From: Octopus sinensis
Taxonomy: Eukaryota
Reading direction: 5' to 3'
Assembly (NCBI RefSeq): GCF_006345805.1
Contig: NC_043006.1
Span: 50,964,001-51,028,000 of the forward strand
DNA: 64,000 nucleotides
The notes beneath the pieces were generated by a model. The model worked only from the letters and a program-made list of their open reading frames with translations, searched no databases and had not been told where the DNA came from. Below are positions 47,022-60,100 of this stretch, piece after piece (positions within the stretch are counted from its first letter, which is position 1; each line of letters opens with the position of its first letter). The position numbers were made by a program, and so were the translations under genes.

Positions 47022-50000
47022 ACAGGTTGAGTCAAAGGATTTTTTTGAATTTTCACTATCAAATGCAATGCTTATGAATTCACATTGTTTTGAATTAATT
47101 ATGCATTATCTCGTAACTTTGAAATCTCAATGATGTGTTGGCATATTTTTAGAATGACATTGTAGGGTAGGTGTGAGAAGCCAGATCTTCACAATTTGGG
47201 TTGGATATGCTAAAGGGATAATAAAAAAAAGTCATGCCATAGTGTTTATTGCAGTATCTTATCTATCTTATATTCAATTTCCGTGGGGTAGTGAATATTC
47301 ATTTACTGTTTTATTTCTACTTCTTTCATTCATTGGAATGCAGCAATGCTGGTACACTGCTTTGAAGGATTCAGCTGAACAAGTTGACTCCAGTCCTTAC
47401 ATCTTTTTAAGCCTGATATTTAAGTTTCTTTTGCTGGAGATGTAAACAAACTAATAGTGGTTGTTAAGCAGTGGTGGACAAAAATGCACACACGCACACA
47501 CAATGGACTTCCACACAATTTCTGTCTACCAGATTCACTCAAAAATGCAATAGTAGATGACACTTGCTGAACCCCAAACCAACGTAGTTGCAAAACCAAC
47601 TGAAGCGCACAAACATACCTGCACCCTTGGAGAAATTTTAGAAATTTGGACAGGTACATGAGTGGCTGTGTTGTAAGTAGCTTGTTTACCAACCACATGG
47701 TTCTGTGTTCAGTCCCACTGCATGGCACTTTGGGCAAGTGTCTTCTACTATAGCCTCGGGCCAACCAAAGCTTTGTAAGTGGATTTGGTAGATAGAAACC
47801 GAAAGAAGCCTGTCATGGCTGACAAAGGTCTTTCTGAGTGATGCCAAGGCACCCTCAGCCTTCTTGACAATTTCAGAGATGTGCTTTGTGCAGCACAAAT
47901 CGCTGCTGACAGTGATGCCCAGGTCACATTTACAAGACTTCTTGATATTGGTGTTGTGGAGAGAATATGTGGATGCTGGGATTTTTCGTCCCGAAATACA
48001 TGGTGATACACTTGTCCACAGCCAGCTTGAGTTGCCAGCCTGTGATCCATTGTTGCATTGTGTCCAGGTCTGATTGCAGGAAAGATCTATTGTGTTCAGG
48101 ATCTGTCTTTTTTATCTCAAGGAACAGCTTGATGTTATCTCCATATTTCAGCACTGTGGCATTCTTTAAGTTGGCACCTATATCATTAATGTATGCAACA
48201 AACAAAAGGGGACCAAGAACATATCCCTGCGGTGCATCAGATGATATCTCATAGGGTGAAGAATGCTGCCCTGCAACTATAACTACCTCTTTTCAGCTGA
48301 GAATGAAGGATTCCAACCGGTTAAAAAGATCATTTTTGACACCCATTGCAGAGAGTTTTGCCATAAGTCTTTTGTGTGGTACAGAATTAAAAGTTTTAGC
48401 AAAGTCAACTTCTTGTGAACTCAATGCATTAATTTTAAAAGTTAACAATATTTACCTCAACCTCATCTGAATTTTTGCTGCTAAGAGTTGAATCAGCAGC
48501 AGCAGTAGTGGTGGTGGTAGTAGTAGTAGAATTGTTAGAAGATGTAATAGTACCACTTCCAGATGTTGGACTTGAAACAAGCTGTCCGAATCTTTCTTTC
48601 CTTTTCCGGCGTTTAGCTTCATCTTCCAACTGTCAAAAAGAATGATAAGACAATAAATTAGTGCCATCTTATGCAATGAACAGACTTGTAGTAAGAGTTG
48701 AAATGGAAAGGTAGGAGGGAAAAGTGTTTTTACACTCTAATCTTGTTACTGATTGGTTCACCAAGATCAATGACAGAAATCACTTGCAATATCATCATCA
48801 TCATCATCATTTAACGTCTGCTTTCCATGCTAGCATGTGTTGGATGATTTGACTGAGGACTGGCGAACCAGATGGCTGCACCAGGCTCCAATCTGATCTG
48901 GCAGAGTTTCTACAGCTGGATGCCCTTCCTAACGCCAACCACTCCAAGAGTGTAGTGGGTGCTTTTACGTGCCACCGGCACAAGGGCCAGTCAGGTGGTA
49001 CTGGCATCAGCCACGCTCAAATGGTGTTTTCTACATGCCACCTGCACAGGAGCCAATCCAGCGGCACTAGCAACAACCTCACTCAAATGTTTTTTCACGT
49101 GCCAGTAAGGTGATGCTGGTAACAATCATGATCTGAATGGTGCTTTTTACATGCCACCAGCACGGAAGCCAGTCAGCTGCTCTGGCAATGATCACACTCA
49201 GATGGTACTCTTAGCGCTCCGCTAGCACGGATACCAGTCGTCGAACTTGATTTTGATTTCACTTGCCTCAACAGGTCTTCGCAAGCAGAGTTTATATCTC
49301 TATCATATTTAGTTACAAAGAGATGAATATTAAATAGGCAGAGAAGAAGACATTAAAAAATGAATAAGACCAAACTGAAATCATTACTTTTCTATCTTAA
49401 TTGCCTCTATCTTTCAACTTAGAGCTATGAAAACATGACCTTATAAATAATAGAGATTTGGGAAAGTTTATCACATTAATTTTTTTTTTTTTTGTGAATC
49501 TGTTATGACATAGTCAGAGAGTGGATTCTGTGATAATAATAAAATAAAGACAAAAACAGAGGAGATCTAAAAAAATAAATGTTCATACTCGAGATAAAGT
49601 ATTGGAGACTATCGTTCCAAATCTCTCAGCCCGTTTTTTCAGTCGGTCAAGGTCATCTGCCTGTAGAAATAAATATACATTAAAACAGTAAACAAAAAGA
49701 GATTAGTTTTAATTAAAGCTAAATATTAAATATGTTCTCTTAATAAACATTGAGTAATAAAACTAGAAATGAGAAGTAAGTAGTTGTATAAGCAAAACAA
49801 AAGATCTGAAAAGGAAATAAAAAAAAAGACACAAATATAAGCAAAGAAATGGCAAAAAATAATGTTCACATGCATGGTAAAAATGAGTGATTACTTCTGG
49901 AAGAATAATGCCAAGAAGAATGGTCATTTTAAGCAGGAATGATGATAAAAAGATGGTGGTTTATAGAAAATTTGTTATAAGAAAAATGTCAAGTTGGAAA

Positions 50001-51233
50001 ATGAGAAACAATTGATGATATAGTTGGTTATCTACAAAAAGATTTTTTAAAAAGAGCTATCTACGAAGGAATAATAATAAGTATGTGAGCTGGTTATATG
50101 AGGAACTGACAATAAAAATAAAAAGAGTTCGCTTTTCAAAAGCCAAGTGGTAAAAACAAATTAAGATAAAAAATTGTTACATGTTTCTGTTAATCAAATT
50201 CACTAACAAGGCATTAATCAATCTAGGGCTATCATAAAAGACATTTAAAGTGCCACACAACAGGACCAAACCTGAAACCACATAGATGTGAAGTGAATTT
50301 CTTCACTACAAATCCATGTCTGTACCTATCCTAGTTTCTGTTTGGAATTTATGTTTAGTACAGGGGTTTAACCAGCAAAGTCAATAAAAAGCTGACCAAC
50401 TGACTGAAGGGTCATCAGATTGTACCATTATTAACAATAACAACTTTCAATAATTCAGCCCAGCAAGTTGTAAATAAATACAATGGAAAGGTACATTTCA
50501 TTGCTAAAGCTAGCAAATGTACAGCACCCAGGCTGGTGCCACATAAAAAGCACCCAGTACACTCTGTAAAATGGTTGGCATTAAGAAGAGTACCCAGCCA
50601 CAGAAACCAAGCCAAAAACTGGAGCCTGGTGCAGCCCTCCAGCTTACCAGCTCCTGTCAAACTATCCAACCCATGCCAGCATGGAAAACAGACATATGAT
50701 GGTGGTGATGATAATGAAGAAGTCTCAAGTTTGTAATCTTTTAACATCATTGCTTCTATGACATTTAAAAGAATATTTATATATAAACGAGGAAAAAATG
50801 GAAAACAGGACAGGTAAGCACAGAGAAAGGACTCTTTATCAGTTGTCGGCTGTCTATCCACTCCTCATTTTAAGCAATATATATATATAAATATGCACAC
50901 ATTTTCATTATGTTAAACTGTTAATCCCTACACATTTTTTTCTCTTTCCATTTTTTCCCTCTCATCCCTTCTGTCAAAGAGTGTAGCCTCAAAACGTCAA
51001 AGACTTTTCCATTCTTCTTGAGCATCAAACTAATGCATCTGCTTGTTGTTCCCTCACCTATCTTCGTCTTTTGTTTTCTGTAAATTCTCTATGGAGTAGT
51101 TGGTGTCAGGAAGGGTACCCAACCATAAAAACCATGGCAAAACAGACTGAAGCATGGTGCAGTCTTCTGCCAAGCCAGCCCCTGTTGAACCATCCAGTAT
51201 GGAAAACAAATATTAAATGATGATAATAATAAT

Positions 51234-51273
<40 letters not shown>

Positions 51274-51289
51274 CCACCCACATATATAT

Positions 51290-51322
<33 letters not shown>

Positions 51323-54300
51323 GACGCATATACATACACACACACATTTTGAAACACTTACCAAAACTGGTGCTGGTGCTATTTTGCCTGACTGTGTGCT
51401 GGTAAGGGTGGAACTAGAATCATTGTTATTAGCAAGACCAAATCTAAAAAAGAGATAGAAACAAAATGAAGAATAATATTATGTATATTCCCAAGAACAA
51501 AGAGAGTTTATGAAACTGCTAATAGCCATCAGCAATCTATATCTTAGAAAACAGATTGCTGCAACTAGAGGGATTTTAAAAATTCACTTAAATTATACAT
51601 CAGACCCTTCAGTTAATACAGTATCCTCTATGTGATTGCTCAACTTCTTGAATGCCTTTAGGCTCAGATCTGTTCAATCAGAACTAACTTTGGACTAAAC
51701 AACATCAACAACATTCATTAGTCTGGAACATTTTTTCAGCTGTTGTTGGAATCATCTTTAACTATAGAATTTAAACCTTCAAGAACTAAGCCCGTGAATC
51801 TTTGAACCAATGCATTTAATCATTATATCACACATATGCTTTGTACAAAATAAAAAAATCTTACATACTACGTGGCTGTGTGTTAAGTAGCTTGCTTACC
51901 AACCACATGGTTCCAGGTTCAGTCCCACTGTGTGGCACCTTGGGCAAGTGTCTTCTACTATAGCCTCAGGCTGCCCAATGCCTTGTGAGTGGATTTGGTA
52001 GACGGAAACTGAAAGAAGCCCGTCGTATGTGTGAGTTTGTGCCCCCAACATCACCTGACAACCGATGCTGGTGTGTTTACTTCCCCGTAACTTAGCAGTG
52101 CGGCAAAAGAGGCCAATAGAATATGTACTAGGCTTAAAAAGAATAAGTCCTGGGGTCAATTTGTTCAACTAAAGGCAGTGCTCCAGCATGGCCACAGTCA
52201 AATGACTGAAACAAGTAAAAGAATATACAAAAAGAAACTTCATAATAAATACATGCATGCAAGTCTGTATGAATGCATGTATTATGAGATAAGTTCAACA
52301 GATTCATTTTTGGTTCACTCCAGTTCAGAGATTCACAGACTTGGTTCTTGCGTTTATAATAGCCACTGTTACCAATTTGCTGACATAATGCTAGCCCATT
52401 TCTGTTCATAGATATTGTGCACCATCTAACTGAAATGTGGGACTTCTGGGTAATATATTCATTTATGTCTACGGAATGCTTACAACTCATCACCATCATA
52501 AACTGGTTGAGCATGTTCAGACATTTTTCACCTGCACAAACCATCTATTTTAGTCCTTCACTAGTTGAGGGAGGTCTTTGGAGAAGACATTATCTCTGAT
52601 AAGTTGATCTACATATGTTGTTTTCAAACAGCTCGAGTATCATCATACTTTGGCATCCATAGCAGTAGGTGACCACCCGTTCTTATATAGCTCATCAGCA
52701 ATGTTCTGCAAAGTGCAAGCACCTTTCCTTTATAGCGTATAGTTATGTATGCATAATTATAAGCTATCAGATTTTGTTCAAATAGCTATAATCATCATCA
52801 TCATCGTTTAACGTCAGCTTTCCATGCTAGCATGGGTTGGATGATTTGACTGAGGTCTGGCGACCCGGATGGCTGCACCAGACTCCAATCTGATCTGGCA
52901 GAGTTTCTACAGCTGGATGCCCTTCCTAACGCCAACCACTCCGAGAGTGTAGTGGGTGCTTTTACGTGCCACCGGCACGAGGGCCAGTCGGGCAGTACTG
53001 ATAACAGCGCTCAAGTGGTGCTTTTTATGTGCCACCTGCACAGGAGCCATTATGCATACTTAATCAATTACTTCCTTTGTGTTAGTGCATACTGCAAGTT
53101 TCAAGCCCAGAGCTAGGTTTTCAAGGGAAGTCACAAGCTGGTTTTTGCTTCACTTAGTTAAGCAAAAAAACTGCAACTTAACTATGAGTATTATACATTT
53201 TAACTGTCAAAGGAAAATGTAACATTATAATGTTTAAACTCTTCATTACAATTACTTAGCTTGGCCAACAGATATAACTTACTTCCAGTCATGCTGTCCA
53301 GAAAAAAGCCATACACCTGGAGTGGGGAAAACTATAGGTACCTTTTAGTTCTTGTGCAAAATGTGTACCCTTAACTTTTAGGTTTAAAATCAGGAAGAAA
53401 GTATGAATTATACTCAAATAAAAACAGTATAAATAATACATCATCGTCATCGTTTAACATCCGCTTTCCATGATGGTATGGGTTAGATGGTTTGACTGAG
53501 GACTGGCAAGCCAGGAGGTTATACCAAGCTCCAATTTTGTCTGGCAAGGTTTCTACAGCTGGGTAACCTTCCTAACACCAACCACTCCAAGAATGTAGTG
53601 GGTGCTTTTTATATGCCACCCGCATGGGAGCCAGTCAGGCAGCACTGGCATCGACCATGCTCATATGCCACTTTTTATATGCCATCGGCATGGGAGCCAG
53701 TCCTGCAACATTGGCATTGACCACGCTTGAATGGTGCTGTTTACGTGCCAGTCAGGCAGTACTGGCATCAGCCATGACAATGATTTCACTTGACTAAACA
53801 TGTCTTTTCAAGCACAGCATATTGCCCAACGATTGAATGGAACTCTTAAATGGAAAGGTTATGTGACATTGGCATGGGCCATGGCTACAATCTCACTTAG
53901 CTTGTAGGGTCTTCTCAAGCACAGCATATCTCCAAAGGTCTTGGTCGCTTGTCATTGCTTCTGTGAAGCCCAACGTACGAAGATCATGCTTCACCACCTC
54001 ATCCTGGGTCTACCTCTTCCACAGGTTCACTCCACTGTTAGGATGTGCACTTCTTCACACAGCTGTCCTCATCCATATGTAACACATGACCATACGAATG
54101 CAGTTGTCTCTCTTGCACACCACATCTGCTGCTTCTTATGTCCAACTTTTCTCTCAAGGCACTTACACTCTGTCGTGTATGCGCACTGACATTACACATC
54201 CAGCAGAGCATACTAGCTTCATTTGTTTCAAGCTTATACATATCCTCAGCAGTCACAGTCCATGTTTCACTGCCATGTAGCATGGCTGTTTGCACACATG

Positions 54301-57050
54301 CGTCATACAGTCTTAAATAATGATGATGATAATATATATATATATATGTGAACTCGTGAGTACTGCTGGCGATTTTTTTCCTCTGTCTTCCCTTCTCGGG
54401 ATCTTTCCTTCTCCTATGTTTCCGACGAAGAGCTCCGCTCGAAATGTTAAACCTTCCTTCTTCCCTGAGCGTCCAATAATACTTTATTTGTTCCACGTCC
54501 TCGCATTGTTGTGTTTTTTTGTTTGGATTAACTCTATATATATATATATATATGTGTGTATATATATTATCATCATCATCATTATTTAATGTCTGCTTTC
54601 CATGCTGGCATGAAGACAGCTTGACTGGAACTGGTAAGTCAGAGAGCTGCACCAGGTCTGATTTGGCATGGTTTCTATGGCTGGATGCCCTTCCTAATGC
54701 CAACCACTCCAAGAGTATATATTTAAACAAGCAAAAATGAGCAACAAAAAATAACTCAGAGTGGCCAGTGGCATCTATATGAACAATATAGACAAATACA
54801 GGTATATCAAATACTATAAAGCATCTTGGCCATTCTTAGAGAACACCCATTACCAAGGATGACCATATGGTCTCAATAGCTGGAATAGTAGGAGTGTTCT
54901 CTCATCACTTGCAATATATACCAAGTGCAAAGTACACTAAAACCAGCTGGAGGAAGCATCCTCCTAGGGTTGAAAGAGCAGTATTGTCCATTCATAGAGA
55001 ACATCCATATTTAGATGGCGATAAACATTACTTTTCATACAACATAAATTCTTAATTTATTAAAATTATCTCCTCCTCTAGAGGACATGTCATAATTACT
55101 GAAGTGTAAAGGAGACCAGCTCCATGAGAATTAAGATAATCTCAAAAATCAAGAATTCTCCAAAGCTGACATGCAATTAAGGAAAATAACAAGATAATCT
55201 TAATAAATCATGAACTTATGTTGTATGATATTTGATATACCTATATTTATTACAATGTTCATATACACGTCACTGGCCACTCTGGATCATCATGCTTAAC
55301 ACATTTTTAAAATTATGCAAATTACCTTGGCATGTGTTCTACTCTTTTTTGCATTTGTCTACATGCCTTAGCTGCTAGAAATAAGGTAAGGCAACTGTTG
55401 TGCTAATGATACCTAATACAAAAACGTGTCCATGACTATCCCCTTCACACAATAAGCCCATCCATTTCTTTAATGACATGACAACTTTTGGAGACTTCTT
55501 GATTCCTGAGATTATCTCCCCATCTCATATGGAGTTAGCCTCGATTGTCATTTGGTTAAGGTGACACATCCTCTAAAGCAGTGGTTTTCAACCATTTTTT
55601 GCCTATGGGACCCGTTTGATTCCTATTTTACTCAAGGAGGGGCAACCCTCATAGCCACTCAATGTCTAAAAACTCAAACTATATTTTTGTGACCAACTAC
55701 TATTAGGAATTGTATTAAAAGTGTTTAAATGATTTCTATATTGTAGAAATATAACCAGTCTATAGCACATACATTTGAACAAAACCTCATATGGGGCTGC
55801 CAAGGGCTATATGAACCTCAGTTGAGAACCAATTCTCTAGAGGCAGAGAATTTTTTTTTTTAAATCAATTTATGTTGTATGGTATTTGATATACCTGTAA
55901 TTGTCATCATCATTTTCATCATCATTTAACATACATGTTCCATGCTGGCATGGTTGGATGGTTTGGCAGGATTCAATGTGTCCCAGGACTGTATCATGCC
56001 CTAATGTCTACTTTGACATGGTTTCTACAGCTGGATGTTCTTCCTAATGTTAACCACCTTACAGCATGAACTGGGTGACTTTTTTTGTGTCACCTGAACT
56101 ATTGGGGTTGCCTTGCAACTTGTAGAAATGTTTCATGTTTCCTAATGTCCACATTCTATGTATTGAGTACTTCCCATCCTTGTTTGTAAACTGAAAAGTT
56201 CATCACTCCACAGATTGGTCTTTACTTTGTTGAGCAATCTACAGTTGAAGTTACAAAAGCAGAAAATGGAACAAAACCTCTCAACTCTGCTAAAAATAGT
56301 CACCACTTTACAGTGTATTGAGTACCTTTATTGTAGCATCAGCACTAGTGAGGCAGCATTGCAACTTGCAAGACTAAAGGGACCCTATAACTGAAGGAGA
56401 CCAGAAGAGAGAGAGAGGATGAAGATTTTAGGCAGGGTGATTACAGAAGGTAAAGTATTATGAGAGGAACAAACTGATAGTTGTGAGAATGTGGTAGTGA
56501 TGGTGGACAGAGTTAACAGAATAGATACTATTGAGGAAGAGAGTATGGAAGCCAGAAAGGAAAAGGAAGAGAATAGAGTTAGGGGCTCAGTGAAAAAGAA
56601 ATGACAGAATGGTAAGAATAAGGTGGAGCTGTCCTCTAAAAATAAAGGTTGTTCTAACACACACTGTAAAGTGGTTGGTGTTAGAAAGAGCATCCACCTG
56701 TAGAAAGCAAGCCAAATTAGATTGGAACCTTGTGCAGCTTTCCTGCTTGCCAGCTCTGGTTAAACTGTATAACCCATGCCAGCATAGAAAATGGATGTTA
56801 AACGATGATGATGATGATGACTAAAGTTAATATTAATAGTTAGAAAAAATCATCAGCTTGTAAGCAATTCATCTCAGAACATTTAGATATTACAGTACCT
56901 TGCAGCTCTGGCAGCTTTCTTATCTGTGTCCTTACTGATGCCAAATCTTTCAGCTCGCTGCTTTAATTTCTAAACAAATTTAAAAAAAGACACAAGGTAA
57001 AGCTGAATTCTTGGAAAATAAATAGAATAATATTGGGGGGACAAACACAG

Positions 57051-57110
<60 letters not shown>

Positions 57111-60100
57111 AAAACAAGTGGATGTATTCCACTGAAACTAGGTAAATAAAGCCTTCGAACTGGGACAATCAGTAGCGACACCTGCAAGTCTGACTACGCT
57201 GCATTGATAAGGGGCAACAACCCTGAAACATGTCTGTAGCTATCTGACTGGCAGGATGAAGTGGCTGACCTCCCTTGTTCGAAGGTTTGTAATGGACGCA
57301 GGTTCGGATGTCAAATAGCTAGCTTGAGGCGATGGCCTCTTGGAGCTAATCAGCGACAGCTTTAGTCTTATATTTATAAGACTGCCATATTAGTATAGCG
57401 ATAACTATTAATTTCCAGTAACGCTGCCGTAATCTCCTTTAGAGAGACTTAGTAATTTTAATATCTCTATTAACCACGGAGTGGTTGGCGTTAGGAAGGG
57501 CATCCAGCTGTAGAAACATTGCCAGATTAGACTGGAGCCTGGTGCAGCCTTCTGGCTTCCCAGAACCCCGGTCGAACCGTCCAACCCATGCTAGCATGGA
57601 GAACGGACGTTAAACGACGATGATGATGATGATGATGATATATATATATATATATATATATATAAATTCAGGGTGAATACTTGATAAATGTAAGCATCTA
57701 TATATGCCAACTAGTAGCAGAGGTGAGAGGATATATGTATCATCCTTTGTGTTCTGTTTTTTATTTCATTTGATACATATATATATATAGTTAATCCAAA
57801 CAAGAAAACACAAAAAAACACAACAACGCGAGGACATGGAACAAATATAGTATTATTGGATGCTCAGGAAAGAAGGGAAGATGGAGGGTTTAACGTTTCA
57901 AGAATGATGACATCCATACAGTTTTCTAAATAGCTATTTTACTTAGAACAAATGAAACAGCAACGACAAAGAACTGAATCTGGGTTGCAGATTAACAGAT
58001 GTTCAACAGCGCATACACGTACCAACACAAATATTCCATAAACATGTATACACCTATGCAAATACTAACACACACACACAAGCCCCACCAGAAATATATT
58101 TATTTCATCTCACCTGTTCTGCAGATAGTGGAGGTTTAATAGGCACCAGAGGTGAAGTTGATGACTCAGGACTGCTAGTTTCTATTTTGACAGGAACAAA
58201 TGGCTTTGTTGTCTCACTGGGCATCTTGGTCTCTGGTATTGATTCAGATTTCTCTTCTTGCTGTGTCTCTAATCTGATTGAGGTTTAAGAAAAATTCTCT
58301 TAATTAAAAACTGAGTTAACTAGGACAAAAAGTAAATTACATATTTACTTACTCTTTACTCTCTTTTACTCATTTGCTTCTTTCAGTCATGTAACTGTGG
58401 CCATGCTGGAGCACCACCTTTAGTTGAGCAAATTGACCCCAGGACTTATTCTTTGTAAGCCTAGTACTTATTCTATCAGTCTCTTTTGCCAAACTACTAA
58501 GTTACGGGACATAAACACACTAGCATCGGTTGTCAAGCAATGTTGGGGGGACAAACACAGACACACACACACATATGTATATATATATGAAGACACAATG
58601 GCCCAGTGGTTAGGGCAGCAGACTTGCAGTCATAGGATCGCGGTTTCGATTCCCAGACCGGGCGTTGTGAGTGTTTATTGTGCGAAAACACCTAAAGTTC
58701 CACGAGGCTCAGGCAGAGGGTGGTGGCGATCCCTGCTGTACTCTTTCGCTACAACTTTCTCTCATTCTTTCTTCTGTTGGCCTGCTCACTTAGCCAGCAG
58801 GGTGGCATCATTTGAAGGCTAAAACAATGCAAAGTGCATTGTGACCAGCGATGTGTAGCAACATCTGATAGCCTGGTCGGTCATGGTGATCACAGTAATA
58901 TATATATATATATACAACAAGCTTCTTTCAGTTTCCGTCCACCAAATCCACTCACAAGGCTTTGGTTGGCCTAGGGCTATAGTAGAAGACACTTGCCCAA
59001 GGTGCCACGCATAAGTTGCGCTATTTTATTACTGGATTTTAACTAAAAGAAAAAAAACAGAAGCACAACTTATATGCATGGCAATGTTAAAACTATGAAG
59101 GGAAAAATTTTGTACCATGATTAAATACTAAATTAGGGTTGTGACTTATATACAAATAAATATGGTAATCTAAAGTGAGTACTTTCTTCGGAACTATATA
59201 TTTATCTAGAGCATCAAGATGTTAGGTCAGTTTGTTTTCCAATGGCTTAGCCACAGAAAGAAGAGGAACAGCCACAAACTTTTACAGGACTTCTCAAACT
59301 GAGAGAATAGTGGGAGAAATCTCGTACTAAGAACCTGGTCCAAATTATACTCAGCTAAGGCCCTAAGGTTCAAATATACTCAGCTAAGACCCTAAGGGCC
59401 AAATGATGGTGTTAAATTGAGCAACAGAATAAGTCTACCACTAAAAGTTGCACATTTCAGCAGGCTCTGATATTGATTTCAGTCATCAAAATATCATGGT
59501 CGCATCAAAGAGAAAACAATTTGCCTGATGTCTCCCGTCAACTAGTTCCACTTCACAAACAAAAGAATGAGAATCTTTATCAAATACCAATATTTTCTTG
59601 CCAGCATGAGTGGGATGATCCATCAATATCATACAAGCAACACTTGATGAAATATTTCAAAAAACCCTTAACATTCAGATTACTGTCAAATGTAATGCTT
59701 ATTTATTCACACCATTTTGAATTAATCCTGCGTTATCTAGAACTGTGAGACTTTAATGGAGATTATTCATGTTTAGAAGGACATTGTGGAATAGGTTAGT
59801 CCAGATTTGGCCAATCTGAACATAAAACAAGTAAAATATTTGGCCTTGATATGGTCAGTTTAAATGCTTAAGGGTTAAACCTGGATTTAATGAGGATTAT
59901 CAATAATCTTGTTATGGAATCAAATAAAGATACAAAACAGTCAAGTGATATATAAATAAGCCACTGACACTTACATTGTCATACTGGCAGCAGTTTCCCT
60001 TATGACCACTTTAGTTTCGGCAGCCTCAGTAGCATCCGAGTCACTGATATTATCCATTTCCTCATCACCGGTTAACTGTAAATTGAAGGGCAGAAAAAGA

